A stretch of 43,662 nucleotides of DNA from an uncultured Candidatus Saccharibacteria bacterium. Lineage in GTDB: Bacteria > Patescibacteriota > Minisyncoccia > UBA6257 > 1-14-0-10-44-23. Shown here piece after piece: positions 22,421 to 31,067 of this stretch. The notes beneath the pieces are model-generated. The model was not told where the DNA came from. It saw only the letters and a list, made by a program, of their open reading frames with translations, and made no database searches. Each line of letters begins with the position of its first letter. Position 1 is the stretch's first letter. A program made the position numbers and the translations under genes. The stretch covers positions 1 through 43,662 of the forward strand of contig CAZLKS010000003.1 of assembly GCA_964560145.1 (NCBI GenBank). The letters run 5' to 3'.

Positions 22421-23413
22421 ATGGTTCCGAGTTCTACCTGGACTCAAATTCTATCTACCTCCCTGCAAAACCGTACCGGTTTAACTTCAAGCGCGATTGC
22501 CAAGCGTAACGCTTTGTATCGCTACATGAAGGCAAAGGGGCATGTTAAAAAAGTTGCTGGCGGCGAGTCTATTGTTCGGCCGATTGAGTATGCCGAAAAT
22601 ACGAACTACACCCGCTACACTAACGCAATGCACATCAAGATCGATCCGCAGGACATAGTGACCTCGTGTTACTATCCATGGCGTCAGATTGCGATGAGCA
22701 TTCAGCAGACTGGATTGGAAGACATTCAGAACGCTGGTAAGGAGCAAATCATCGATCTTCTCGCCGTAAAAGAGAAGAACTGCGAAACCTCCTTCGTTAA
22801 CAACTTCTCAACCGACATTTACAGCGCTGGCACAGCCGATAGCGGCTTGCAGGTTGGTGGTTTGCAATACCTCATTGCCGACGACCCGACTCTTAGCTCA
22901 ATCATTGGTGGGCTTAGCCAGTCTGCAAATACTTGGTGGCAGAATCTTTCGAAGACTTCGAGCACTGGAACCGGCAACGGTTTTGGCGCCCGTACTGATG
23001 CTACGAACGTCAGAGCGCAGATCGAGACGATGTACCTCGCGGGACTTCGCGACGGACAGAACTATGATTTGGCCGTCTCTGATAATTCGATTTGGCAGTA
23101 CTACACCTCGGCCCTTCGCGCGATTCAGCAGATCGGCAATGAGTCAACCGTGAAAGACGGCATCTTGAGCCTCAAGGTGTTCAATATGGATTGGCTCTAT
23201 GACGGTGGCGCTGATGGTGCGGCTCCGAGCTCTCGCATGTACTTCCTGAACACAGACTTCATTTACCTCTGTGTTTCGAGCAAGCGAGACTTCGTGAAGC
23301 TTCCTGGAGATCGTCAGCCGATTAACCAAGACGTAAACATCCAGCTCTTAACTTGGGCCGGAAATATGGTCTGCACGAATCGGCGCGCTCAGGCAATCTT
23401 GATCGACGCCTAA
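22421..23413 (+). CDS. major capsid protein (putative)
   Basis: 330 aa after the scaffold gene and followed by two terminators. Call rests on position and size. Confidence 0.7.
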   Translation: MVPSSTWTQILSTSLQNRTGLTSSAIAKRNALYRYMKAKGHVKKVAGGESIVRPIEYAENTNYTRYTNAMHIKIDPQDIVTSCYYPWRQIAMSIQQTGLEDIQNAGKEQIIDLLAVKEKNCETSFVNNFSTDIYSAGTADSGLQVGGLQYLIADDPTLSSIIGGLSQSANTWWQNLSKTSSTGTGNGFGARTDATNVRAQIETMYLAGLRDGQNYDLAVSDNSIWQYYTSALRAIQQIGNESTVKDGILSLKVFNMDWLYDGGADGAAPSSRMYFLNTDFIYLCVSSKRDFVKLPGDRQPINQDVNIQLLTWAGNMVCTNRRAQAILIDA

Positions 23414-23420
23414 TGAGAGA

Positions 23421-23457
23421 AGCCCGCAGTAGTAGTAGCGCGGGCTCTCGTGTTTTT
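23421..23457 (+). terminator. rho-independent terminator (probably leaky) after the capsid gene
   Basis: agcccgc-12 nt-gcgggct followed by ctcgtgttttt. Confidence 0.55.
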
Positions 23458-23482
23458 AATTGTAGTAGTAGTAGGAGGAACC

Positions 23483-23995
23483 ATGTCAGGAAATATTGAA
23501 GGAGTCGGTGGAGTAGATTTCACTCGTAAAGATACTGCACCTCAGTTTACTCTCGGCCTTCGCTTGAAGGATTTGAGCGGCGGTGAGTGGATGTACGTCA
23601 AAGCCAATACTGCGTTAACGGCGTATCTTGCGTATAAGATTTTGCCAGTTGGAACCGTAGGTTCTGCAACGGCGAAGGATGATGCGATCGATGATAATGC
23701 CGCAAGCTTTACTGGTGGGTGTTTTGTTTGCTGGCCTCAGCAAGCATTCTCTGCATCTGACTATGGTTGGGTGCGCATCAGCGGCAGCTTTACCGGAAAA
23801 ATCGTGACCGGCATCAGCGCTGGCGACAAGCTCTATACGTCGACCACAGCGGGCGTACTTGGAGGAACTGCCTCGGCTCACTTTCATCTCTTCGGGGATG
23901 TTCTGGCCGTCGAAGCAAATTCAAGCGGCTCAGACGCGAATAAGACCATTAAGTGTGACTTCCCTGTCCACTTGTCTCATATCGCGCATCCGTAG
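23483..23995 (+). CDS. DUF2190-like capsid decoration/cement protein (putative)
   Basis: ATG 23483 after TAGTAGGAGGAAC. DYGWVRISG ... ISAGDKLYTSTTAGVLGG resembles the DUF2190 pattern. Confidence 0.45.
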   Translation: MSGNIEGVGGVDFTRKDTAPQFTLGLRLKDLSGGEWMYVKANTALTAYLAYKILPVGTVGSATAKDDAIDDNAASFTGGCFVCWPQQAFSASDYGWVRISGSFTGKIVTGISAGDKLYTSTTAGVLGGTASAHFHLFGDVLAVEANSSGSDANKTIKCDFPVHLSHIAHP

Positions 23996-24003
23996 GGTTA
24001 GAA

Positions 24004-24040
24004 GGGACGTAGGTCGAAAGGCCTACGTCCCACAGTTTTG
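24004..24040 (+). terminator. strong rho-independent terminator at the end of the head module
   Basis: gggacgtagg-tcgaaagg-cctacgtccc (perfect 10 bp) followed by acagttttg. Confidence 0.75.
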
Positions 24041-24072
24041 TGTAGAGGTTTATTTTTTGAAAAGGTTCGAAG

Positions 24073-24666
24073 ATGGCTACATACTCTTTGATAGTGAAAA
24101 CTGAGTTTTTTCAAAGCGCGGTAAGGAACAATGCGAAGTCTACCAAGGCAAAGCCTGTTTACATTCCGCGCTTGAATCTTCGTTTTACTTATGGCGATGG
24201 GACTAAGTTTGAGCGTCCGGCCTATGAGAGAGATGAAGAGGACTACAAAGATGCATTCGAACTATTCAAAAAGTCACAGACTGTTATCACTGAGGGTACG
24301 CCTCTCGCAGATTTGCCAGGTATCACGCAAGTGGAGCTTGCGACTCTGAAAGAGACGGGCATCGTGACGGTAGAGGGCATGTCAAAGAGCTACCTACCAA
24401 ACATTGAGGGCCTTGGTGAACGCTATGTCGAACTTAGGAAGTGGGCGACAGGGTTCTTGAAGCAAAGAAAGGACATGGAGAAGGTATTCGAGCTTCAGAA
24501 GATCATCGAAGAGAAAGATTTAGAGATCATGCGACTCAACAAAGAAGCTGAGAAGGTTCAAACTAGTTCGTCAAAAGCGGAAGTTGATGAGCCAGTTGGT
24601 AGTGTGGTCGCGGAAGACGGGGATGCTTTTGGAGCGGTGAAGCCGAAGAAAGTTTCGTCTAAGTAA
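24073..24666 (+). CDS. hypothetical protein (197 aa) with an HhH-like motif and a coiled-coil tail
   Basis: LPGITQVELATLKETGIVTVEGM resembles a helix-hairpin-helix motif. Confidence 0.5.
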   Translation: MATYSLIVKTEFFQSAVRNNAKSTKAKPVYIPRLNLRFTYGDGTKFERPAYERDEEDYKDAFELFKKSQTVITEGTPLADLPGITQVELATLKETGIVTVEGMSKSYLPNIEGLGERYVELRKWATGFLKQRKDMEKVFELQKIIEEKDLEIMRLNKEAEKVQTSSSKAEVDEPVGSVVAEDGDAFGAVKPKKVSSK

Positions 24667-24682
24667 TAGTAGTAGGAGGAAC

Positions 24683-25492
24683 ATGAAAAGGATTCTCGTC
24701 ATTTTAGCCTTGCTGTTATTGGCAAGCGGGGCAGAGGCACAGTACACCAAGACTCAGCTTAAGGCGCGTCTAGGGAGCTATAGCATCCCTACTGAGCTTG
24801 CTGGCGAATTGGCGGGGCTTTTCGCGGCGGCGAATGTTACGCGCGATAACAACACTTACATTAAGTATCGAAATGCCGCAGGTTCGGCAAACATTGACGT
24901 ACTCAAAGTCGATGGATCAGACGAGACAGTTCTGAACGCCGACACTGGCGACACGATCAAGTTTTCGATCGCTGGCACATCGGCAGTTGAGATCGGCACT
25001 ACTGGCGCGTATCCCAGTGTGGACGGAGACAATTCCGTTTCTAACCTCGGAACGAGCACGAAGGGTTGGAAAAATCTATATTTGTCTGATGCTACGAATG
25101 ACGCGCAGTTATTCGTATCGTCAGGATTGTATGTGTCTGCGCCAACCGGCCAGAGCTTGTTCTTTCGGGAAGCAAGCACTGATAGGTGGTCAATTAAGCC
25201 AACGAGCGGTGACTTTGCGGCAGTTGCCTCTGGCAATACTATCGCAATCCAGGAGGCAACGGCGGGTTCGGCTTGTTCAGGACAACTGACAGCAAATGCG
25301 ACGACTCCAGTTGTAACAAACACCACGTGTGCGACGACTGGATCGCGTATCTTTCTAACTAAGACAGGAACTAGCGCAGTTAACGGGAGTTGTTACCGCT
25401 CGGCGTTATCTAACGGCGTGAGTTTTTCTGTGACATGCTTAGCCTCTGATACTGGAACCTATGACTGGTTTATCATTCACGAGGCGCCATAA
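24683..25492 (+). CDS. exported protein with a Sec-type signal peptide (269 aa), paralogue of 25507..26526
   Basis: MKRILVILALLLLASGAEA|Q; TAGTAGGAGGAAC SD; S/T/G-rich beta-like body. Confidence 0.6.
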   Translation: MKRILVILALLLLASGAEAQYTKTQLKARLGSYSIPTELAGELAGLFAAANVTRDNNTYIKYRNAAGSANIDVLKVDGSDETVLNADTGDTIKFSIAGTSAVEIGTTGAYPSVDGDNSVSNLGTSTKGWKNLYLSDATNDAQLFVSSGLYVSAPTGQSLFFREASTDRWSIKPTSGDFAAVASGNTIAIQEATAGSACSGQLTANATTPVVTNTTCATTGSRIFLTKTGTSAVNGSCYRSALSNGVSFSVTCLASDTGTYDWFIIHEAP

Positions 25493-25506
25493 TTAGGAGT
25501 CTCGCA

Positions 25507-26526
25507 GTGAGAATACTCATCTCAATAGCGCTACTTGTCTTATGGGCAGGTAGCGCATTTTCGCAGCAAACAGTTGCGCAAGCTAAGGCTCGCCTTGGGG
25601 ATGGCGGTATTCCAGGCGAGAAAGTCGCTGAGATTGCCGCGCTTTTAAACGGCAAAGCAGATTCAAGCGGGAATACCGTTGTTACGGCTAAGAGCGGGAA
25701 GTCGATCAAACTTCAGCCTAACGCACAGACTTCTGCGAATCTTACTGTAAGCTCTTCAGCCGCAGATGAAACTACCCTAACTTTTGGGGATGGTGCAGTC
25801 ACGCGCCCCTATCTTGCTATTCATGGCCCCACCGGCGTGGGTGATGACGACGGCTATATAATAATCGGCCCAGGCGGCGCTAACAACCTCGATCGCGGCC
25901 CAGCGATTGTCATGTACGGCAATAATGCGAGTAACGATTGGGGAACGCTCAAACTCGATTGCGGCGCTGTAACAGGCGCAATGGTGGAGATCATTACCCC
26001 TGATGCTCCAGGGCAGTATCGCCGCAGATGGTATGCGACCTATCAAAGTGGAAACTGGAATAGTGACGAAACTTACGGCGGGAGTTTAGTTTTCAATAAG
26101 AGCGGCACAGGCGTAAAGCTCACAGGCGGATCAACTTATGACGGGTGGGGGTTCCTTACCACAGAGTGTAATGAGTTATCGAGCACCGGCGCCACTTCGC
26201 AAACTTGGTCAGGCGCTCTTCCTGCCTACGCTGTGATGTTCGCGCTCACTGGGCGCGTTACTCAGGCTTATACTTCTGGCGGCACGATTACTTCACTGCA
26301 TGTCGGAAATGGGAGCACGGCGAATCAGTATGCCGATACGCTCGCACTCACAGCAAACACAACTTGGACCTCTCCAGAGGCGGGAGCAGTGGGCGGTGTC
26401 ATGCCGCAAAGCAATGCAGCAGCAGCACAAGATATTAAGGTGACCGCCAACGGTGGCGGTACAATTACAGCAGGGAAAATGAGGTTATGCGTCACGTATA
26501 TGCGCTCACAGGTTCCGCAATCGTAG
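25507..26526 (+). CDS. exported protein with a Sec-type signal peptide (339 aa), paralogue of 24683..25492
   Basis: GTG start after AGGAG. MRILISIALLVLWAGSAFS|Q. Mature N-terminus QQTVAQAKARLGDGGIPGE aligns with QYTKTQLKARLGSYSIPTE. Confidence 0.6.
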   Translation: MRILISIALLVLWAGSAFSQQTVAQAKARLGDGGIPGEKVAEIAALLNGKADSSGNTVVTAKSGKSIKLQPNAQTSANLTVSSSAADETTLTFGDGAVTRPYLAIHGPTGVGDDDGYIIIGPGGANNLDRGPAIVMYGNNASNDWGTLKLDCGAVTGAMVEIITPDAPGQYRRRWYATYQSGNWNSDETYGGSLVFNKSGTGVKLTGGSTYDGWGFLTTECNELSSTGATSQTWSGALPAYAVMFALTGRVTQAYTSGGTITSLHVGNGSTANQYADTLALTANTTWTSPEAGAVGGVMPQSNAAAAQDIKVTANGGGTITAGKMRLCVTYMRSQVPQS

Positions 26527-26687
26527 GGCTTTTTTTGTGTGGCTGTACAGCTCACTTTCAGCTTGGCAGAACTAAGTCTGAGGTTACGCGCGAAGAAATA
26601 GCAGAGGCTTTTCAGGAAAGAGATAAGGTACTCGCTGATATTACAAAATTCTTGAGTACGTTTGTTGAGAAGAAGGATAAAAAGTAG
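26487..26687 (+). CDS. small putative lipoprotein (66 aa)
   Basis: MRHVYALTGSAIVGLFLCG|C; atypical lipobox LCGC. Overlaps the upstream gene by 40 nt. Confidence 0.4.
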   Translation: MRHVYALTGSAIVGLFLCGCTAHFQLGRTKSEVTREEIAEAFQERDKVLADITKFLSTFVEKKDKK

Positions 26688-27116
26688 ATGTCGATTTTCC
26701 AGAAAACTGTTCCCGTAGTGAACGGAAACTTAGTTTCTGGATCTAATCCTATGCCCGTGTCGGGGACTTTGACGGGAGTTGAGGTTAGTAGTTTGCCCGC
26801 AAGCGCTCTTACGCCGAAAACAGCTACGGTGAGCTCTTCGGGAGACACCGTGTTTCATACTCCTGCTTCAGGAAAGTCGCTTCGTTTGTATTACCTTGGA
26901 TATTCGGCTGACGGCGCAAACTCTGCCGATGTTACGGTGTACGTTAAATTTGGATCGGGTTCGGCAATTTATAAGCAATCGCTCGCGGCTAAGGCGATGT
27001 TCGCGCATACCATTGCAGCAAATCGTTATGTGCAGGGTGGCGTGAATCAAGCTCTATCGGTCAATTTATCGGCAGCACAGACGGTGCATGTCAATGTAGA
27101 ATACGAAGAGGTTTAA
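26688..27116 (+). CDS. hypothetical beta-rich protein (142 aa), paralogue of 39512..39919
   Basis: Shares HTPAS and the C-terminal LSAAQTVHVNVEYEEV-type strand with 39512..39919. Confidence 0.55.
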   Translation: MSIFQKTVPVVNGNLVSGSNPMPVSGTLTGVEVSSLPASALTPKTATVSSSGDTVFHTPASGKSLRLYYLGYSADGANSADVTVYVKFGSGSAIYKQSLAAKAMFAHTIAANRYVQGGVNQALSVNLSAAQTVHVNVEYEEV

Positions 27117-27117
27117 C

Positions 27118-27636
27118 ATGGCTAACACCTGGACAGTCTGGAATCAAGCGAAGACTTTTGTAGCTGGCGGTGCGATGATAGGGCTCATGAACGCTGGAGC
27201 CAGGGTGCTTCGTGTTCGACGCATCGGCTACATTAACGACCAGACTGTAGCGGTAACAGGCGTAGTGGTTGGAGGTGAGATAAGGCGCTACACTGGCGCA
27301 GGATGGACAACCCCAACAGCACTTACCCCCGTTGCTCACGATACTAGTAACTCCGCGCTCTCTTCTGTGACAGCGGGGCACGCAGGCACACCGACCGGGA
27401 CTTCTGCCGTTCTACGCAGATACTTCGCGTCATCTGATGAGCCTAAGCTCTCTACGCTTCAGAACAACGAACTAGAGGCGATCATTCCTTTTGGCGTGAT
27501 TTGGGATGCGGGTTACGGCGACTCGAATGTGCAGCCTCTTACGCTTAGAACCAACGAATCCGTCATTGTGTGGAACGTTACAGGAGCGGCGGGAGCATTC
27601 TCGTGGTACATCGAATTTACGGATGAGGCTTCTTAA
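27118..27636 (+). CDS. hypothetical protein (172 aa), single copy of the domain duplicated in 27636..28781
   Basis: GLMNAGARVLRVRRIGYIN ... HDTSNSAL ... IWDAGYGDSNVQ ... WYIEFTDE. Confidence 0.55.
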   Translation: MANTWTVWNQAKTFVAGGAMIGLMNAGARVLRVRRIGYINDQTVAVTGVVVGGEIRRYTGAGWTTPTALTPVAHDTSNSALSSVTAGHAGTPTGTSAVLRRYFASSDEPKLSTLQNNELEAIIPFGVIWDAGYGDSNVQPLTLRTNESVIVWNVTGAAGAFSWYIEFTDEAS

Positions 27637-28781
27637 TGGCGCGTTCGACGTGGAGGGCATACGATTCGGGAACGAATCTTTATTGGCCGTCTATTGAAAT
27701 GCCAATAACTTCCCTTACGGGACATCCTTACCTCGCGCACGTTGCCGCAGCTTGTCTCTATAATGGTTCTGGCTCAGGTGTCGATCTCTACGTGAATAGA
27801 GCAGAGGGGGCGGCCCTCATAACGCAAGAATCCGCACTTCCTACAGCTTTTAACATTGGTCGCATCTCTGCTTACTCAGGCGGGGCTACTCTATCTTCTT
27901 TTAAGCTTGATACTAATACCGCAGATCTACCGTCTCAGATTACAGCCGTAGAAGAGTGCGACGACGTTACCGTAGGGTCAGTATTCCGACGACTACCAGA
28001 CTTCCCAAGAACGAATATCGCGCAATCTCGCGGCCTCGCTGAACTATCAACGGAGTTTTCTAGGTGGGGGCTGGACCCTTCCACTATTTGGGATTGTGGC
28101 TATCACAACTCAGACACTCAGGGATTCGTGCTCAACGAGGGAGAGGGCTTCGCTATTTATCCCGCATCAAATCGCTTAAATTGCGGGTACGGCGTTACCG
28201 TTTTGTTCACTACAGCCGATGGCACATACGGCTACAATCACTTCTCTAAGCCATACGCAACACGCGCTCTTTTCGCGATGTTAAACGGATCGGGCTCAGG
28301 AAAGATAGTTACGATTCGGCACGTGCAAGTTTACGAGATGGCAGAAGATAACCCTGCTTATTTCTCCACCGAAAGGATTGATGGGGTGATATTGGACGGA
28401 GATCCTGTAACTCCTTTCAGCTTAGATACTGCGAATACCGCTATCCCATCTGAAGTGAAAGTCTTTAGGAATGCCACTGTCTCACTTCAAGGGGCAAGTA
28501 CTGGTGCACTTATTACGCAGCCTACACTCTCTCGGAACATGGGGACGTGTAACGCTGATGGAGTTGCGTCCTCTCTTGCTTTCGCGGGGGAAGTAGTTCG
28601 CCGAGGGAAGAGGTTTGATAGCCCGATCGTGCTGCATGAAGGGCAGGGTATTGCTATAATAAAGAGACAGAGCTCCAAAGTCGGAGACTTTGAATTTAAG
28701 TTCGAGTTTGGGGTTCAAGAGATCGTTGGAACTGGAGGGGGAGGCGGCGGCGATACTTATGTTTTTAGCGTGATGGAGTAG
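27636..28781 (+). CDS. hypothetical protein (381 aa) with two tandem copies of the 27118-type domain
   Basis: LYNGSGSGVDLYV..RISAYSGG..LDTNTADLPS and LNGSGSGKIVTIR..RIDGVILDG..LDTANTAIPS. TAATG overlap with the upstream gene. Confidence 0.6.
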   Translation: MARSTWRAYDSGTNLYWPSIEMPITSLTGHPYLAHVAAACLYNGSGSGVDLYVNRAEGAALITQESALPTAFNIGRISAYSGGATLSSFKLDTNTADLPSQITAVEECDDVTVGSVFRRLPDFPRTNIAQSRGLAELSTEFSRWGLDPSTIWDCGYHNSDTQGFVLNEGEGFAIYPASNRLNCGYGVTVLFTTADGTYGYNHFSKPYATRALFAMLNGSGSGKIVTIRHVQVYEMAEDNPAYFSTERIDGVILDGDPVTPFSLDTANTAIPSEVKVFRNATVSLQGASTGALITQPTLSRNMGTCNADGVASSLAFAGEVVRRGKRFDSPIVLHEGQGIAIIKRQSSKVGDFEFKFEFGVQEIVGTGGGGGGDTYVFSVME

Positions 28782-28786
28782 AGACT

Positions 28787-29077
28787 ATGGCACAGGATCA
28801 GTCATTAATCGGTTTTTTGGACCGAAAAATTGACGACATTCGCGATAGCCTTCGCTCTGACATAGCTGGCTTGTCTGGGAAGGTGGAAGCCTATCTTAAG
28901 ACAAGGGAGCAAATGGAGCTTCACTTTGAAGAGCGTTTTGTAGCGAAAAGAACGTTTAAACTGGCAGTAGCGACAGGCCTTTTAGGCTTTGTCTTCATTA
29001 TGGGGTTGATGGCGACTATCCACGGGGCCGAATCCGTGGCAGTCGCCGTACCCAAGGCCGTGAGTATTGCGAAGTAG
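28787..29077 (+). CDS. C-terminally anchored membrane protein (96 aa), XhlA-like architecture
   Basis: N-terminal coiled coil followed by the TM segment LAVATGLLGFVFIMGLMATI. Confidence 0.5.
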   Translation: MAQDQSLIGFLDRKIDDIRDSLRSDIAGLSGKVEAYLKTREQMELHFEERFVAKRTFKLAVATGLLGFVFIMGLMATIHGAESVAVAVPKAVSIAK

Positions 29078-29160
29078 TTCTGAAGATGTGCTATCATAGC
29101 TATGACAGGTAAGTAGTCCGAGCTTGACGCCCTTACCCTCATGCAGTTTGTGAGGTGAAG

Positions 29161-30042
29161 ATGGCGATTCCTTTTTCGACAGTAGCTTCCGACAACTCAA
29201 TTCTTGAGATTATTCGCGAAGCTTCAGGCGGCATTAAGCAGGCCCGACCGACTACGCTCGACTCGACGAGTAAGGATGTCACCTCTTGGGTTTTTGCCGC
29301 GAACGAAGCCGGAAAGAAAATTAGAGACGCATTCATTTGGCCCGCACTGAGACGGCGCTTCACCTTTGAAGGTGTGGACAATCAATTAATCTACTCGCTA
29401 CCTTTAGATTTCAATCGTCTTTTGTTTGATACCTACTGGAACGAGTCAACGTACCGGCCCATGCTCGGCCCCTTAACTTCAAGGGAGTGGGAGGCGCGAA
29501 AGAACAGCTCAGCAATATCGTCGGTACTGCCTCAGTGGCAGATGTTGAACGGCAATGAAGTTGAGTTCATGAGTGAGCTCTCAACGGATGACGTCATCGT
29601 ATTTCCGTTTTATAGCTTGAACTGGATTCGACCGGCGCTTACTTGGGCAGCGTCTACCGCAGTTACGGCGGGCGAGTATTGCTATTACAGCGGAAGAGTC
29701 TACAAGGCCACAACCACGGGCACTACAGGCGCCACGGCGCCTACTCACTGGACTGGAAGCGTGAGCGACGGCGGCGTCACATGGCTTTATTCAGTCTACG
29801 AGAAGGTTATTGAAAACGGCGCGATTCCGCTTGTCGACCGTGAGGCTCTCCTTATTGGGACTCAGAGATATTGGCTCTCTGCAAACGGCTACGATTACGA
29901 AGACAAAGAGATTGAGTTTCGAGCCAGGGTAAAGAAGCAGAAAGGCGGCCTCCACGGGGCTCAGTCATTCAATCTTGCGTGTTCGAGCTCTCATAAGTTC
30001 ATGGGCGCTGAGGTATTCCCTGAATCAATCACGGAGTATTAG
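29161..30042 (+). CDS. virion structural protein (adaptor/tail-tube-A position) with a CBM5/12-like insert
   Basis: ATG 29161 after GAGGTGA (the track start 29155 is a GTG). YSLPLDFNR. WAASTAVTAGEYCYYSGRVYKATTTGTTGATAPTHW. Confidence 0.5.
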   Translation: MAIPFSTVASDNSILEIIREASGGIKQARPTTLDSTSKDVTSWVFAANEAGKKIRDAFIWPALRRRFTFEGVDNQLIYSLPLDFNRLLFDTYWNESTYRPMLGPLTSREWEARKNSSAISSVLPQWQMLNGNEVEFMSELSTDDVIVFPFYSLNWIRPALTWAASTAVTAGEYCYYSGRVYKATTTGTTGATAPTHWTGSVSDGGVTWLYSVYEKVIENGAIPLVDREALLIGTQRYWLSANGYDYEDKEIEFRARVKKQKGGLHGAQSFNLACSSSHKFMGAEVFPESITEY

Positions 30043-30044
30043 AC

Positions 30045-31067
30045 ATGCAGAATCGCTTTTACTCCGACCCTTCTTCGAGCTGGCAAGCCTACTACAATTG
30101 GCTCGCAGCGCAGCAACAGGCTGAGAAGGATAGCCCGGCTGGAATGGCTTCCGACATTGGGAACAAGGTCGGGAACATTGGGGGTAAGATTGCAGCTAAA
30201 AAGGGTGTCACTGCTATCGCGAAGGCGCTTGGTGGCGATGAATTAAGCGCCGTGGGAGCTCCGCTTTCAGAGTCAGGGATGGCTACTACTCAAGCCGGGG
30301 TAGGGCCGTTGGCAGATATGGGGCTTGCGTCAAGCTCTCCGGCCTCAGGCGCGATGGCGCAGATGGGTGGGACTCAGAGCATGGCGCAGGGCGTTCAGGG
30401 CGCTCAGAGCGCGGCTAGCGGCGCAGAGGGCGTAGCACCTTCAGCTCTTGGGAACGCAGCGGGAGCTCTCGCGATTGCCCTTATGGCGAATCGCGCTTAT
30501 GAACACGAAGGCGGGAAACAGATTCTTCACGGGAACGCCGATCAGTCAAATTGGATCGATTCTGGACTTGCTTCTAACCCTGTTACTGGTTGGCTCAACC
30601 CTACTTTAAGCGCGGTAGGGCTTGGCTCGGTAGGCAAGATGCTCGCGCCGATCTCGACAAAAAAACAGCAGCGCATGAACTGGCAGAACTTAGCTGACCA
30701 GAACATCACTGGCGCTTCCGACGTACTTGATTCAGGCGCGGATAAGCTTTACGGCGACAACGAGTTAAAGTCGGGTACCCTTTCGGGCAAGAATTTGGTC
30801 GATAGTTCTGGCCTCTATTACACCTTCGGCAATGATTGGAAGGGCAAGTTTAACGACTCGCAGCGTGAGAAGATCGCTCAGTACGGGCTCGATCAGGGGC
30901 TTTTCGACTCTAAGCGCGGGATGATGAATATCTCGGACCCTGAGAAGCTTAAGGCATTTGCTGAGAGTGTTTACACTCCGGCAGCCCCCGCAGAGCCCGA
31001 CGCCGGTTCTAAGCTTAGGTGGCGACAATCAGATAACGCACTCATGAGGAAGTACGGCTATGCGTGA
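30045..31067 (+). CDS. low-complexity G/A/S/Q/M-rich virion protein (340 aa)
   Basis: ORF track; packed within the tail module. Confidence 0.55.
   Translation: MQNRFYSDPSSSWQAYYNWLAAQQQAEKDSPAGMASDIGNKVGNIGGKIAAKKGVTAIAKALGGDELSAVGAPLSESGMATTQAGVGPLADMGLASSSPASGAMAQMGGTQSMAQGVQGAQSAASGAEGVAPSALGNAAGALAIALMANRAYEHEGGKQILHGNADQSNWIDSGLASNPVTGWLNPTLSAVGLGSVGKMLAPISTKKQQRMNWQNLADQNITGASDVLDSGADKLYGDNELKSGTLSGKNLVDSSGLYYTFGNDWKGKFNDSQREKIAQYGLDQGLFDSKRGMMNISDPEKLKAFAESVYTPAAPAEPDAGSKLRWRQSDNALMRKYGYA

Noticed and set aside
24057-24085. TTGAAA-17-CATACT promoter-like match after the head terminator
   Set aside because: The -10 element lies inside the coding sequence that starts at 24073, so it cannot serve that gene. 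It is probably a chance match.
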